64,000 bases of DNA from Azolla caroliniana (Eukaryota; Plantae; Polypodiophyta): NCBI GenBank assembly GCA_043228905.1, contig JBHGNT010000001.1, forward strand, positions 19,282,001 through 19,346,000, read 5' to 3'. This document shows positions 12,363 to 23,851 of the stretch, piece after piece. Positions within the stretch are counted from its first letter, which is position 1. Every line of letters begins with the position of its first letter. Made by a program: the position numbers and the translations under genes. The notes beneath the pieces were generated by a model, which was not told where the DNA came from, did no database searches, and saw only the letters and a list, made by a program, of their open reading frames with translations.

Positions 12363-12374
12363 AAATTGGTTCAA
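12363..12374 (-). promoter_or_regulatory. Non-tRNA (self-priming type) PBS of element B: TTGAACCAATTT
   Basis: 2 nt downstream of the 5' LTR, lacks TGG, and is perfectly complementary to minus-strand AAATTGGTTCAA at 12586-12575, which starts about 33 nt downstream of the TATA box. Confidence 0.8.
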
Positions 12375-12376
12375 AC

Positions 12377-12802
12377 TGTCAGGAATAGTACTAAAGCAGA
12401 GATGGAATTAGTACTAAGAAGAGTAGTACTATTAGTACTAAGAGGATGGGACTGCGTAAGATTCCCGAGAGAGAGGAAGTGAGAAGAGGAGAGAGAGAGA
12501 AATAGGATGATGACAGCAGCTCTTATATTATATGAAAGATAAGTACAAATCGGCTAAGAGGCTTAAGACTGGTGTTGAACCAATTTGGTTCAAAACAATG
12601 GCTTGTGCCTCCTTTTATAGTGTTTTTAGGAATAATCCCGAAGCTTCTAGAATGTTCCAGAGAGATCTGGAATATACATCAATTTTCTATGATAAAGCAT
12701 AAATGAAAATAATATCCTACAAAATACAATTCATAGTCTAATGGTAAGAGCTTGACCCATGTAGCATAAGGTCATGGGTTCGAGTCTTGCCATATCATGA
12801 CA
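12377..12802 (-). repeat. 5' LTR of element B
   Basis: Direct repeat of 1707-2132. Confidence 0.96.
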
Positions 12803-12807
12803 GGAAC

Positions 12808-15800
12808 GCTCTAAGATGGCGGAATTTGGTGTCACATTGGAGGGACCGACAACAAGATGGCGCCGAACACATTGGAGGGACCGACAACAAGATGGCGCCG
12901 AACGCAGGACCCGTCACCATCACCACCTTCGCAGATTTAAAAGCTAAATTCTTGCATTTTTTCCAAAAGGAGGTGGATCAGACAGTAATGGTGGGCTTGT
13001 TTTATACCATCCGACAGGAGGCAGGGGAGAGCATTCCCCAGTTTGTCATCCGGTTTCAATGAATGCATAGTCAGCTTGCCTGCGCACCCCCGGAGGAGGA
13101 ATTACGGACTATATTCCTGAATGCGCTCCGGGAACCCCTACGCACGGTTTGCACGGTAATTGACTTCCGCACAAGTACCATCGACCAGGTCATTGACCGA
13201 GTGAGAGAGATGGAAAAGACAAGCTCCTGGCTCACACTGGGAGCACTCCAACGGGCATTATTGTCCGATGAAGACCTCCGGTTTCGGCAAGCAATACAGT
13301 GCACAACCTGCTTGAATTCCGGACACTCGGCACTAGAATGCACTATGAGGACGCAATGTGTAATCTGTCAATCCAAGGGCCATACGACGGATAGGTGCGA
13401 GTATAATCTATTGAACCGGCAAGCACCGCCCGTCCGACAAATAGAGCCACACAGTAGTCGGGATGAAGAAGAGGAACACTGGCGGCGAATGGATCACGAC
13501 CGACCGACACAGGATGTCCGGTATGGCGATCGACGGGAGAATGATGTCCGGTACGGTGATCGACGGGATAACTACGACCGGTATGATAGATATGATCGGT
13601 ACCGGGATTACAATAGACGATATGAACATTACGACCGGGAGCACTCCCCCGAGTATCGTCAGCAATGGGAGGAATACGACAGATATAACGACCAACCTCG
13701 TCAAGAGTACCGCAATAAGAAGAACTATAACAAAAAACGGCATTTCAAAAAAGGCGGCCACCCATGGGATCCGGAACAAGGAGCTTCAAGCAGCCAACCG
13801 GCCCAAAACCCCGCGCTTACCACGGGACCTACCTCGGGTACAACAGACAATGCCGAATCCAGCAATACCCGGAAAGCCTACTGCTACTACTACCAACATG
13901 AAGGCCATTATAGTAATCAATGCCCGACGAAGAGCTATGACAAACGATCGCCAGTAAATATGGTAGTCCCTGAAGTGGCAGATCTGCAGCAGGTGAACAC
14001 AAGGTTGAAGGGCATGGCCAAGGAATGGGAGACGCAGGAGACCATCCGGAAGCAAGCGATGGAATGAGTGAAGAAAGCAAACGAACAAAACTTAACAGAC
14101 TTACAGCGGCAAAAGGAGAACACCGTAGGGCTTGTTGGTGGCAGTCACTCCGAGAACGAGACATGGCAGGCGTTGCAAGAATGCCATATTACGCTGCCAC
14201 TAGGAAGACTCCTACAGCTCGTGCCGAGATTCACGGAAGGACTAAAGACAACCATGACGGAAGGAGAATCATCATCGGCACCGGTACTCTTCTCGAATCC
14301 AGAGGAGGGACCAACGGTGGTGGACACCAATAGTCCGGTAATTACTGCCATTGTAAAAGGGAAAGAACTCCCCAGCATAGTAATAGACGGAGGCTCCGGG
14401 GTGAATGTAATAAGCCTTCAGACGTGTGATGCCCTGGGAATCCACGAGTGGGAGCTGTGTCCGTTCTGGTTACGGATGGCCGATACAAGCTCTGTGCGGC
14501 CGACAGGATTAATACGAAAATTAGAAGTCACCGTTGGCGGTCATACATTTCACATCTCGGCATTAGTGCTACAATTACAGGCACAAGGCGCATACCCACT
14601 ATTGCTGGGGCGGCCGTGGTTGAAAATGGCACATATCAAACAGAATTGGAGGAAAAATATAATTACCTTCCGGCGAGGAAAAGCCAAGGTACGTGTACCA
14701 ACACAGCCAAGGACGAGCACTGGCAAGGAATGTACACCATTGTATGCAGAGTGCGTCAACATGCTAGAAGGGTTAGCTGACGAAGAAGAAGCTCAGTACT
14801 TGCAGGAAAACTCGAAGATCGTACCCCTCTTCGAAATTGACATTGCCGAAGCAGTAGCACCATACTTACCGCAGCCGGAAGAGACTGAAGTAGAACCGGA
14901 TAAGGACGCAATTTGAGAGTTACGGCAAGCGCAGGAAGCGTTGGAACGGGAAATGGCCGTTTCACAGCGCGTAAAAGCGTCGCAACTTGAAGAGGTGAAC
15001 CTAGGGACCACGGACGAAGCAAAACCGGTGCACATCGCCAAGGAGATGAAGTCCGAAGACAAAACGGCGATGATCAGCGCGTAAAAGCGTCGCAACTTGA
15101 AGAGGTGAACCTAGGGACCACGGACGAAGCAAAACCGGTGCACATCGCCAAGGAGATGAAGTCCGAAGACAAAACGACGATGATCACACTTCTCACGGAA
15201 TTTCGCGACGTGTGTGCCTGGTCATACGAAGTCATGCGAAGGCTCGACCATCAGTTATACCATCATCAGATTCACTTGAGCAAGGACGCAAAACCAGTGG
15301 CACAAAGACGGTACCAGATGAATCCCAATTATGCCGCCAAAGTCAAGCACGAAATCGACAAACTGCTAAGAGTTGGCTTTATCCGTTCGGTAAAGAAAGC
15401 GACATGGCTGAGCCCGATCGTAGTCGTACCGAAGAAGAATGGAAAAATTCGAGTTTGTGTGGACTACCAGAAACTCAATGCGGCTACGGTAACAGATGCG
15501 TTTCCACTTCCGTTCACAGATGGAGTGTTGGATGTCGTCGCCGGCCATGAGGTCTATAGCTTTCTAGACGGATTCAGCGGGTATAATCAGATCCGGGTGC
15601 ACCCCGACGACCAAGAGAAAACGGCTTTCGTCACCGAATGGGGGGTGTTTGTGGCCGTGGTGAAGATGTTCGGACTCAAAACGGCACCGGCAACATTCCA
15701 ACGAATCATCATGGAAATCTTTGGTGAATATATCCCGGCATTTATGCAAGTTTTCCTTGACGATTTCGCCGTCTATAGCCAGGAAGAGGATCATTTGCAG

Positions 15801-15963
15801 CACCTCCGTCTTTGTCTAGAAAAGTGTAGAGCGTACCGGCTAAGCTTGAATCCGGCGAAGTGTGTATTTGGCGTGTCCAATGGAACCCTATTAGGACATA
15901 TTGTGAGCCAGGAAGGCATTGCAGTCGACCCAGAGAAAGTGAAAGCCATATTAGAAGCACCGG
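12808..15963 (+). pseudogene. Element A gag (3 Zn knuckles), protease and RT; interrupted by element C
   Basis: CTTCLNSGHSALEC and CVICQSKGHTTDRC knuckles; VIDGGSGVN (PR); DAFPLPFTD..., SFLDGFSGYNQI, VFLDDF (Athila-like RT). Several stops and tandem duplications. Confidence 0.92.
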
Positions 15964-17003
15964 TGTCGTGAAGATTCGTCACTACGCGCGGATCGTGAGG
16001 CGAAACCGCCGGGGTTCTGGACCGGAAGGATTCAAAGTCAATACAAGCTTTGGCGAGAAAGTACTTAAGATAGATTGGGAAAGAGAGAAGTTGAGATTAA
16101 AAGATTGAGAAAGATTGATTGAAGTTTTATCTTTGGATTTAAGAAACAAGTTACACCATCAATTTGATAACGAATTTCTTCTTCTTAATTTCATAATAAA
16201 AAAAAACCGTGTTTTCTCTCCTCCCCCTTCCTTCTTTTATAGATGCTCTCATGCATATGATGCATGTGAGGGTACAAGACATGCATAAATTGCATGTTTG
16301 CCATTTGGCGCTTATGTATTACATGTGGTGCATGATAACCATGTCACTCATTTTAGCTCTCATGTATAAGAATTTACATGTAAAAGTACAATGATATACT
16401 TTCAACTAAATAGCATGGCTTAATGGTAAGTCAATTGATTCCTAACTTGGAGGTGCAAGGTTCGAATCCTTGCCCTCCTTGTATATGTATATATGTATAT
16501 ATATTTATTTATCTAGTTGCCGGACGCCGGTTCGTCGGATGCCGTCGCTAAATACCGATGCCGCCGTCACCGGATTGCCGTCAGATGTCGCCGATTCACC
16601 GGCTCCATTGTCGGTCCGGTTTTGGTTGGCCAAAACCCTTTACGAGTAGCTAGCCCACCTCCACTCTTAGTTCAACTTACCTTGAACTCTCTATGCTCCA
16701 CACATAGAAACAAAGATAATATCTTTTGCTCCACCTTATATATTATGAGAGCCGTATTTGTCGTGCCTATGTGGGATATCTCACAATTTTCTCTTTTCCT
16801 TTCACAAACTTTATACCCTCATATCTTGACATTTAGTTGTCCGTTTCTCGTGTAATAAAGTGCATTCGAAAACTCCATCATTTTGTACTTAGATATTAAA
16901 TTTATTTAAAATTTTATCTTCAGAATTATTGTATTATGTGATTTATACTCGACTTTGTACGTTTTATGGGATTTTCACACTATTGCCGAAAATCTTCACG
17001 ACA
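15964..17003 (-). repeat. 3' LTR of element C
   Basis: Direct repeat of 22825-23847 with substitutions and several indels. Confidence 0.95.
16416..16474 (+). promoter_or_regulatory. tRNA-like module in C LTR (second copy at 23283-23340)
   Basis: A box TGGCTTAATGG, D-arm-like hairpin, loop TTCCTAA, variable region GAGGT, and a perfect T arm GCAAGG-TTCGAAT-CCTTGC. Confidence 0.78.
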
Positions 17004-17075
17004 TCCACCCCCACCAAACCGCACGTCCTTCGGTACGTGCCAAGAAGAGAGAAAGTGAGATTTCGGCTACGATGA

Positions 17076-20000
17076 TCAATTAGATTCCTCCATGTCTTCA
17101 TTTTCATCCGCCCTGTTATGTTCATCATCGAGGTAATCGAGGTCAGGATCCTTGTCTTGTCTTTTCTTGAAAATCTTTACTCTTTTTCCCGCAATGGGTA
17201 CGGCTAACCTTGATCTGTCTAATTCCGCAAGGTGGTATGTCGCATTATCGTTGGCACTTGTCACCACATACGGCCCGAACCATCTTCTTGCAAACTTTCT
17301 TGTTGTACTGTGTTGATTGTCAAGGGTGCTGTCGTAAACCAAAACCCAATCCCCTTCTTCAATCTTCTTGGGACGAAGTCGATGCGTGTTGTCGAACCGA
17401 ACTTTGTTCTTTACTCGGGCTGCCTTCATCATCTTTCGTGCTTTTTCTAAATCTTCAGGTCTTCTTTCAAGTTGCCTTATCCGCGCCGCCAATAACTCTT
17501 CTCGGCTCATCTCGTTCTCCCACGGTATCGCTACCCATGAGGCGATCGTCCTTTCGATGGGCATAATCGGCTTTTGTCCATACATAAGCTCCGTCGGCAT
17601 ATACCCTGTCACCGGGCTATGTGTCGTTCTATCGGCCCAGAAGGCATAGGGTAATAGTCGTGGCCAATTCCCGACTCGACCGTTGCATGCCTGTACGATG
17701 GCTTTAACGATAGGTCCATGCCCTCGCTCGATCTTCCCATTTGCTTCTGGATTGTAGGCAGTCGTGAGGGAGAGCTTCACGCCTAGTCTTTCGAAGAGCT
17801 CCGTCGCTTCGTGCACGTCCAACTCCCCTCGGTCGGCCACTATCTTCCCTACACATCCATATCGGCAAACAACATCTTCAAGTAAAAATTTACAAACGGT
17901 TGAAGTCGTCTTATTTGTCAAGGCTCATCCTTCCACTTGATTTGTCAAGTCTTCCCTTGCCAGCGCTAAGTACTTCATTTGTCCCACTCCCATTGGCATC
18001 GAGACCAGATCCACCATCCATTTGAAGTAAATGGTGAGTGGGTATGTCGGCTTTAACTCATCATGATGATGTATATTTGAATATATTTGGCAAGTTTCAC
18101 ATGTGGACACGAAATGGAGTACATCTTTGTACATGCTTGGCCACCAATACTTCTCCTTCAACTTTTCGAACGTCGCCCATGTTCCTCTATGACCTGCCCA
18201 AGCACTCTCCTGGAATTCGGTCATCAGCGTCTCTTGCTCTTCTTTCTTTACCACCACTTGACGTGGTATTCCTGTCCTTCTTTTTGGATGTCGCCAAAGG
18301 AATCCTCCCTTCAAGAAGTATCGGTAAGCTTTCTTTCGGATTCGTAGGGCCTCCTCCTTTGTAAACGAAGCATCTGTCGTCAATGTTCTTAGGAATCTAC
18401 CGATGAGTAACCACTCTCCTTCGTACTCGTTCTCATTGAAGGCGTGGAGGGTTTACGTGTCCTGGTCTTCCGCCGACAATCGAGCCATCTTGAAGAAGTC
18501 GAGGGTGACATCTTCATCTTCTGAAACCATGTTACTTCCATTTGAAAATCTTGCCCTCGACAGCATGTCAGCCATGGCGTTCTTCTTCCCTGCAATGTGA
18601 CGGATCTCTAGGTTTAAAGACTTGATGTAGGCGATCCACCTTAGCATAGCAAGATCTGGGGTCGCACATCCCGAGACCATTCCGACAATTGGGAGACAAT
18701 CTATCTCTATTATCACTTCTAACCCGATCAGGTAATCTTTGTCCGTCTTCACTGCCGACACAATACCCCAAAGTTCCCGCTTGACTTGGGCATATCTTTG
18801 TTGTCGTTTGCTGAGAACCTTTGCTCCGAACCGGACGGCATATCGCGCATTATCTTGACCTTCTTGATTGATGACCCACCCGATTCCGGTTGGGCTAGTA
18901 TCTACGGTCACGTAAATTGGTTTCCCTTCGGCATAGTCGGCCTTCCTTAGTGCCGGAGCTTCAAGAAGCAGTTTCTTTAATCTTCGCATCGCCTCTGTGT
19001 GCTCGTCTCGCCATTCGAACTTTATTCTTTTCTTTAGTAGTCCATATAACGGTTCGGCGACATGAGCGTAGTGAGGAATCCATATATGATAAAACGTGCA
19101 CGCTCCAAGGAACCTTCGAACCTCCGTTTGGTTTTCGCATTCTTCTTTCATGTCTTGGATTGCGTTCACTTTGGATGGCGAGGGCTTCTGGCCGTATGCT
19201 CCACACAAGTGACCTACCACCAAGATCTCTGATTGCCCGAATGCGGATTTTTCTCCCGAAAATGTCAAATTCGCATCTTCGAGCCTTTGAAGCACCTTCT
19301 CGCAATCTTTCATATGATCCGCAACGAACTTTCTACAACCTTCCTTATCTTTCGATTCATCTTTCTCCTCATCCGAACATCCTTTTATCGGAATATCATC
19401 CAAGAATGGCATCGTGATGTCCGGAATGCAATCCTTCAAGACTTTATTCATGGCATTCACCATATGAGCCACCGAGTTCGTTGCGCCTTGGGGTAAGGTA
19501 CACATCCGCACAAGCCCGATCGGAGTCCTCATGGTTGTAATGTCCCGACTGTCGATTGCCAATTGGAATTGGTCATATCCGGAGTAGAGATTGCCAATGG
19601 AGTAGATGGACCGGCCTGCAAACGCTTCGGCAAATTCGTCCACGCTCAGACCGATTTCGGCATTTCGAATTGTCACCTTGTTGATGGGTTGAAGATCTTG
19701 GATGAATCGCAATGATCCATTCTTCTTCGGCACCGTGAACCACCTATTGGAATAAGGAGCATTCGACGGATCTAGAATTCCCATACTCACCTTCTCCTTT
19801 AAGAGCTCGATCAACTTCGGAAGGTGTGCTCTCGGAACGGGTATCGGTTTTAAATTCCAAGGCACATGAGGCACCGTGAAGATCACCATCGGCTCTATAA
19901 CCTTTGGGTCGGCGCATCCGATTTCTCGTGGGAAGCATGCGAAAGCCTTCCCATGTCTCTCAAGCATATCGCGAAACATTCGCTCCTCTTCAGGGAGAAG

Positions 20001-20560
20001 GAAATCCTCCTTTCCAACTCGTAGCTTCCCCTTCGTCTCTTTGGTAAAGACATGACCTATCTTCTTCGGATCTCTGAAGCTTGGATCGTTAGCAACTTCC
20101 TTTATCTTTTGCCAGCTATCTTCCGGTAGCGAAACCGCAACTGGCTTGATCTTCTTATCCACCGTTTTATATTTCGTGTTGATATCAGCTTCCTTCATCG
20201 AGATGCCACGACGGTATTCATCGATGATAGCGTACATGTTGACGGAGTTAACCAAAATCATGCATTGGTTGTGAAGATAGCTCAAGTCCACAACGTCCTC
20301 GATTTCGCCGATGGTGTCGTTAAATGAGGCTTCTTCCATAATATGGGTCACGAACTCTCCTTCTTCTATTATGTTCTCTTCTTTTAGCATCTTCTCGAAT
20401 TCTTGTATCTGGCGCTTGTGCTTCTTGTCGGGTAGTACTAGTTTACATGCGCCACTAGGTGTGACACATGTTGCTTCTCCTTGCTATCCACGCACTCTTC
20501 TTTCTTGTGGGGTCTTGTGATTGCTCGGACTATTTGTGCCCCATGCTTCAATAGTCCGCT
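17076..20560 (-). pseudogene. Element C pol (RT, RNase H, integrase)
   Basis: WFTVPKKNGSLRFIQDLQP, LPQGATNS, PFLDDIPIKG; VTVDTSPTGIG, RYAQVKRELWG; IVADRGE, YNPEANGKIERGH, WFGPY. Contains frameshifts and stops. Confidence 0.92.
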
Positions 20561-22757
20561 CTAAAAATCCGAGGATTCGCCTCCGAGACTATCTCGATTC
20601 CTCATGATTGGCTCGCACCGTTAGGAATTGGACCGATCTTTGGTTGTCAAGACTCTTTATTCGTGTGAAGGCTGCTCCATTATCGAATACTTTGGTCTCC
20701 ATCCGAGATGATGTGATATAAGGTTGCCCTAGGATGACAGGATGCGACGTCGATTCTTGTACGAAGAAGTGTTGATCCATCTCCACATCCCTGATCATGA
20801 CTTTGACATTGGGACAAGCTCCGTACAAATCCTCCGTAGACTTTGTTGCCGCGCGAATCTTCCATCCGTGGTTTGTATTGATTGGCCATCTTCCTTTTTT
20901 GTAGAAGTCGGTTGACATGAGGTTGATCTCCGAGCTGTGGTCGATCAAGGCTACCACGGTCTCTTTCTTCTCCCCGATCTTCACCGGCGTCTCCGTTGTC
21001 GCTCGTGCCCAATGAGGTCGAGTGTAGTGGCTGTCCACCATATCTTCATCGATTTCGTCTCTTGCCATCGTTATGGCATTCGTTTTTGCTTTTTGCGGCT
21101 TCTCTTCTTCCTCATCCGATTGTTGTCTCTTTCTCTTTACAAGGTCCACGATCATGTCATGGAACTCCTTCTTCGTAATGCCAAGCAATTCCCTCAAGGA
21201 CAAAGTTACGTGGCTATCAAGAACTCGTTCTTCGAGAATCTTCTTTAGGTCCGTCGTCTGCTCTATGTCCGACCTTAGCTTATAGGTAGGTATAGTCCTT
21301 GTCCTCCGAGCGGGGTCTTCAACACCAACCTTCACGGGCCGAACCGTTTCTTCAACTCGTATGCTCGGCTCCCCTTTCCGGCTTGATTCTCGTTCCTCCG
21401 TTTGTAAAGGTCGACTCGTCTCCGCATCGTCCTTCTTTTTCGTGTTCCTTGTTTCATGTCTTTTTGATGGCCCTTGCTCTTCTATTCTCTTTCTCTTTTC
21501 TTCGATGAACACCTCGTGGTTCTCACACATCACCTCTGCGAGTATGGTGTTGTCATCCACCGGATCTGACCACCCAGTTATGCTTTTCATGCTTCGGTCC
21601 GCAAGCTCTACCTCGTTCGACGTGACTTTTCCCTTCTTCTCATATTCGAGAACGGAAGTCCAAAACTTTGCTCCCGCTCTAGCAGCTTCAGTCTTGTCTT
21701 TTCCGACTCTTATTCCGGCCGACGCAGCATAGTGCATCGCATCCACATGAGTCGCATCGGCATCCTCCATAGATTTCTTCATTCCTCTTCTTCCGAAATT
21801 CACCCGTAGGGGTCTTCTAGTCTCGCTTGAGCAAATCATGTTGTCCTCTATGTATACGATATTTTGTTGAATCGCCTCTCGAAGGCTTGCACAATCCCTT
21901 CTCATGTGGTCCATGCTGTTGCACCACACGCATCTAAAGGGTTCTTTTCCTTTAGGGCCCCGACGATTCATGTTGGCTAGCGTGATCTTCTCGAACTTCT
22001 TCGCTAGCTCTTCAATGATGTCGTCATCAATCTTCTTTTCTTCCACGTTACTTTGTCTTGGCGGCTCAGCTACTTTCGGTGGTCTTGCTTTCTCCGTGGT
22101 AGTCGGTCCCGTCAAGTCGGTGTCATCAACCCATTGGCGACGCTTGTCGAGCCTATTGCATGCCCGCTTCACCGCTATCCAGTCCGCTACGAGCCCATTT
22201 GCTTGGGTATCATCTTCGAGAAGAGTCCCCAACTCCCGTCTATCCTTTATGTCCACGACCTTCAAGAAGTACAAAGTCTTGTCCTCTTCAAGCAACACTT
22301 GGTCCATATTGGGGAGACGACTAAACATCTGGTCGAATTCGTCGTACACCCTCGAGACGCTCATCTTCTTATTCTTCTTCTCTATCCACTTCATCAGGGC
22401 ATGTCGAGTCATCCTCGTTGAGTCTTCAGTCACGAACTCCGCTAGTATCATTTTCTCGAACTCGGACCATGTTGTCTTACCTTCTTGAAGCTCGATGACG
22501 CGTCTTTGGATGTTGTTGGTGACAACTCTCTTGAAGCTTGCGATTTGACGTGCCTCGGACAAGTCCCTCTGATTCATCTCCCTTCTATATGCATCAAGGA
22601 ACTTCGTAACGTTCCTTCCATCGAATTAGCCCTCGAGCTCTACGACATGATCGACAGCCTTCTCCACGCTCATGTCGTTGTCCCGAGATCTCATCATTTG
22701 CTCGACGATTAGCATCATCCTTTCGAGCTCTCCCGCTTGGTTGCTTGAGGACGCCAT
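20561..22757 (-). pseudogene. Element C gag-protease
   Basis: FDGRNVTKFL, CVWCNSMDHMRRDC knuckle, ALIDHSSEIN protease site, ILGQPY; one internal stop near 22628. Confidence 0.85.
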
Positions 22758-22800
22758 CTCCAAGTATTAATCTCGACTTGATCCTTCCTACCGCCTCTTT

Positions 22801-22816
22801 CACGTCGGGTTCACCA
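22801..22816 (-). promoter_or_regulatory. PBS of element C, TGGTGAACCCGACGTG (tRNA-Trp)
   Basis: Lies 8 nt inside the 5' LTR boundary and matches the recalled plant tRNA-Trp 3' end CACGTCGGGTTCA-CCA. Confidence 0.8.
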
Positions 22817-22824
22817 CTTGCTTA

Positions 22825-23847
22825 TGTCGTGAAGATCCGTCACTACGCGCGGATCGTGAGGCGGAACCGCCGGGGTTCTGGACCGGAAGGATTCAAAGTC
22901 GATACAAGCTTTGGCGAGAAAGTACTTAAGATAGATTGGGAAAGAGAGAAGTTGAGATTAAAAGATTGAGAAAGATTGATTGAAGTTTTATCTTTGGATT
23001 TAAGAAACAAGTTACACCATCAATTTGATAACGAATTTCTTCTTCTTAATTTCATAATAAAAAAAAACTGTGTTTTTTCTCCTCCCCCTTCCTTCTTTTA
23101 TAGATGCTCTCATGCATATGATGCATGTGAGGGTACAAGACATGCATAAATTGCATGTTTGCCATTTGGCGCTTATGTATTACATGTGGTGCATGATGAC
23201 CATGTCACTCATTTTAGCTCTCATGTATAAGAATTTACATGTAAAAGTACAATGATAGAAATATACTTTCAACTAAATAGCATAGCTTAATGGTAAGCTA
23301 ATTGATTCCTAACTTGGAGGTGCAAGGTTCGAATCCTTACTTGCCCTCCTTGTATATGTATATATGTATATATATTTATTTATCTAGTTGCCGGATGTCG
23401 CCGGATGCCGTCGGTTACCGGTGCCGGATTGCCGCCGGATCACCGGCTCCATCGTGGGTCTGGTTTTGGTTGGCCAAAACCCTTTACGAGTAGCTAGCCC
23501 ACCTCCACTCTTAGTTCAAGTTACCTTGAACTCTCTATGCTCCACACATATACACAAAGATAATATCTTTTGCTCCACCTTATATATGATGAGAGTCGTA
23601 TTTGTCGTGCCTATGTGGGATATCTCACAATTTTCTCTTTTCCTTTCACAAACTTTATACCCTCATATCTTGACATTTAGTTGTCCGTTTCTCGTCTAAT
23701 AAAGTGCATTCGAAACCTCCATCATTTTGTACTTAGATATTAAATTTATTTAAAATGTTATCTTCACAATTATTGTATTATGTGATTTATACTCGACTTT
23801 GTACGTTTTATGGGATTTTCACACTATTGCCAAAAATCTTCACGACA
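22825..23847 (-). repeat. 5' LTR of element C
   Basis: Direct repeat of 15964-17003. Confidence 0.95.
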
Positions 23848-23851
23848 CCGG

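Larger units (their letters stand above)
1707..12802 (-). mobile_element. Element B: full-length but decayed Ty3/Gypsy chromovirus (Tcn1/Tf1-sushi-like)
   Basis: 426-bp LTRs at 1707-2132 and 12377-12802 (TGTCA...TGACA, about 5 substitutions by eye). TSD GGAAC at 1702-1706 and 12803-12807. PPT at 2133-2146 (minus AAGGGGGAGATAG). Gag, PR, RT, RH, IN and chromodomain are all on the minus strand. Confidence 0.96.
15964..23847 (-). mobile_element. Element C: full-length decayed Ty3/Gypsy element of a fungal-like lineage
   Basis: LTRs at 15964-17003 and 22825-23847 with 13-bp terminal inverted repeats (TGTCGTGAAGATT...AATCTTCACGACA). 4-bp TSD CCGG; removing the element restores host ILEAPAQVTAKALSRFLG. 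G-rich PPT at 17004-17020. PBS at 22801-22816. Confidence 0.95.

Noticed and set aside
16409-16482. Calling the LTR tRNA-like modules functional tRNA genes
   Set aside because: No acceptor stem, a poorly paired anticodon stem and location inside LTRs; reported as tRNA-derived modules instead.
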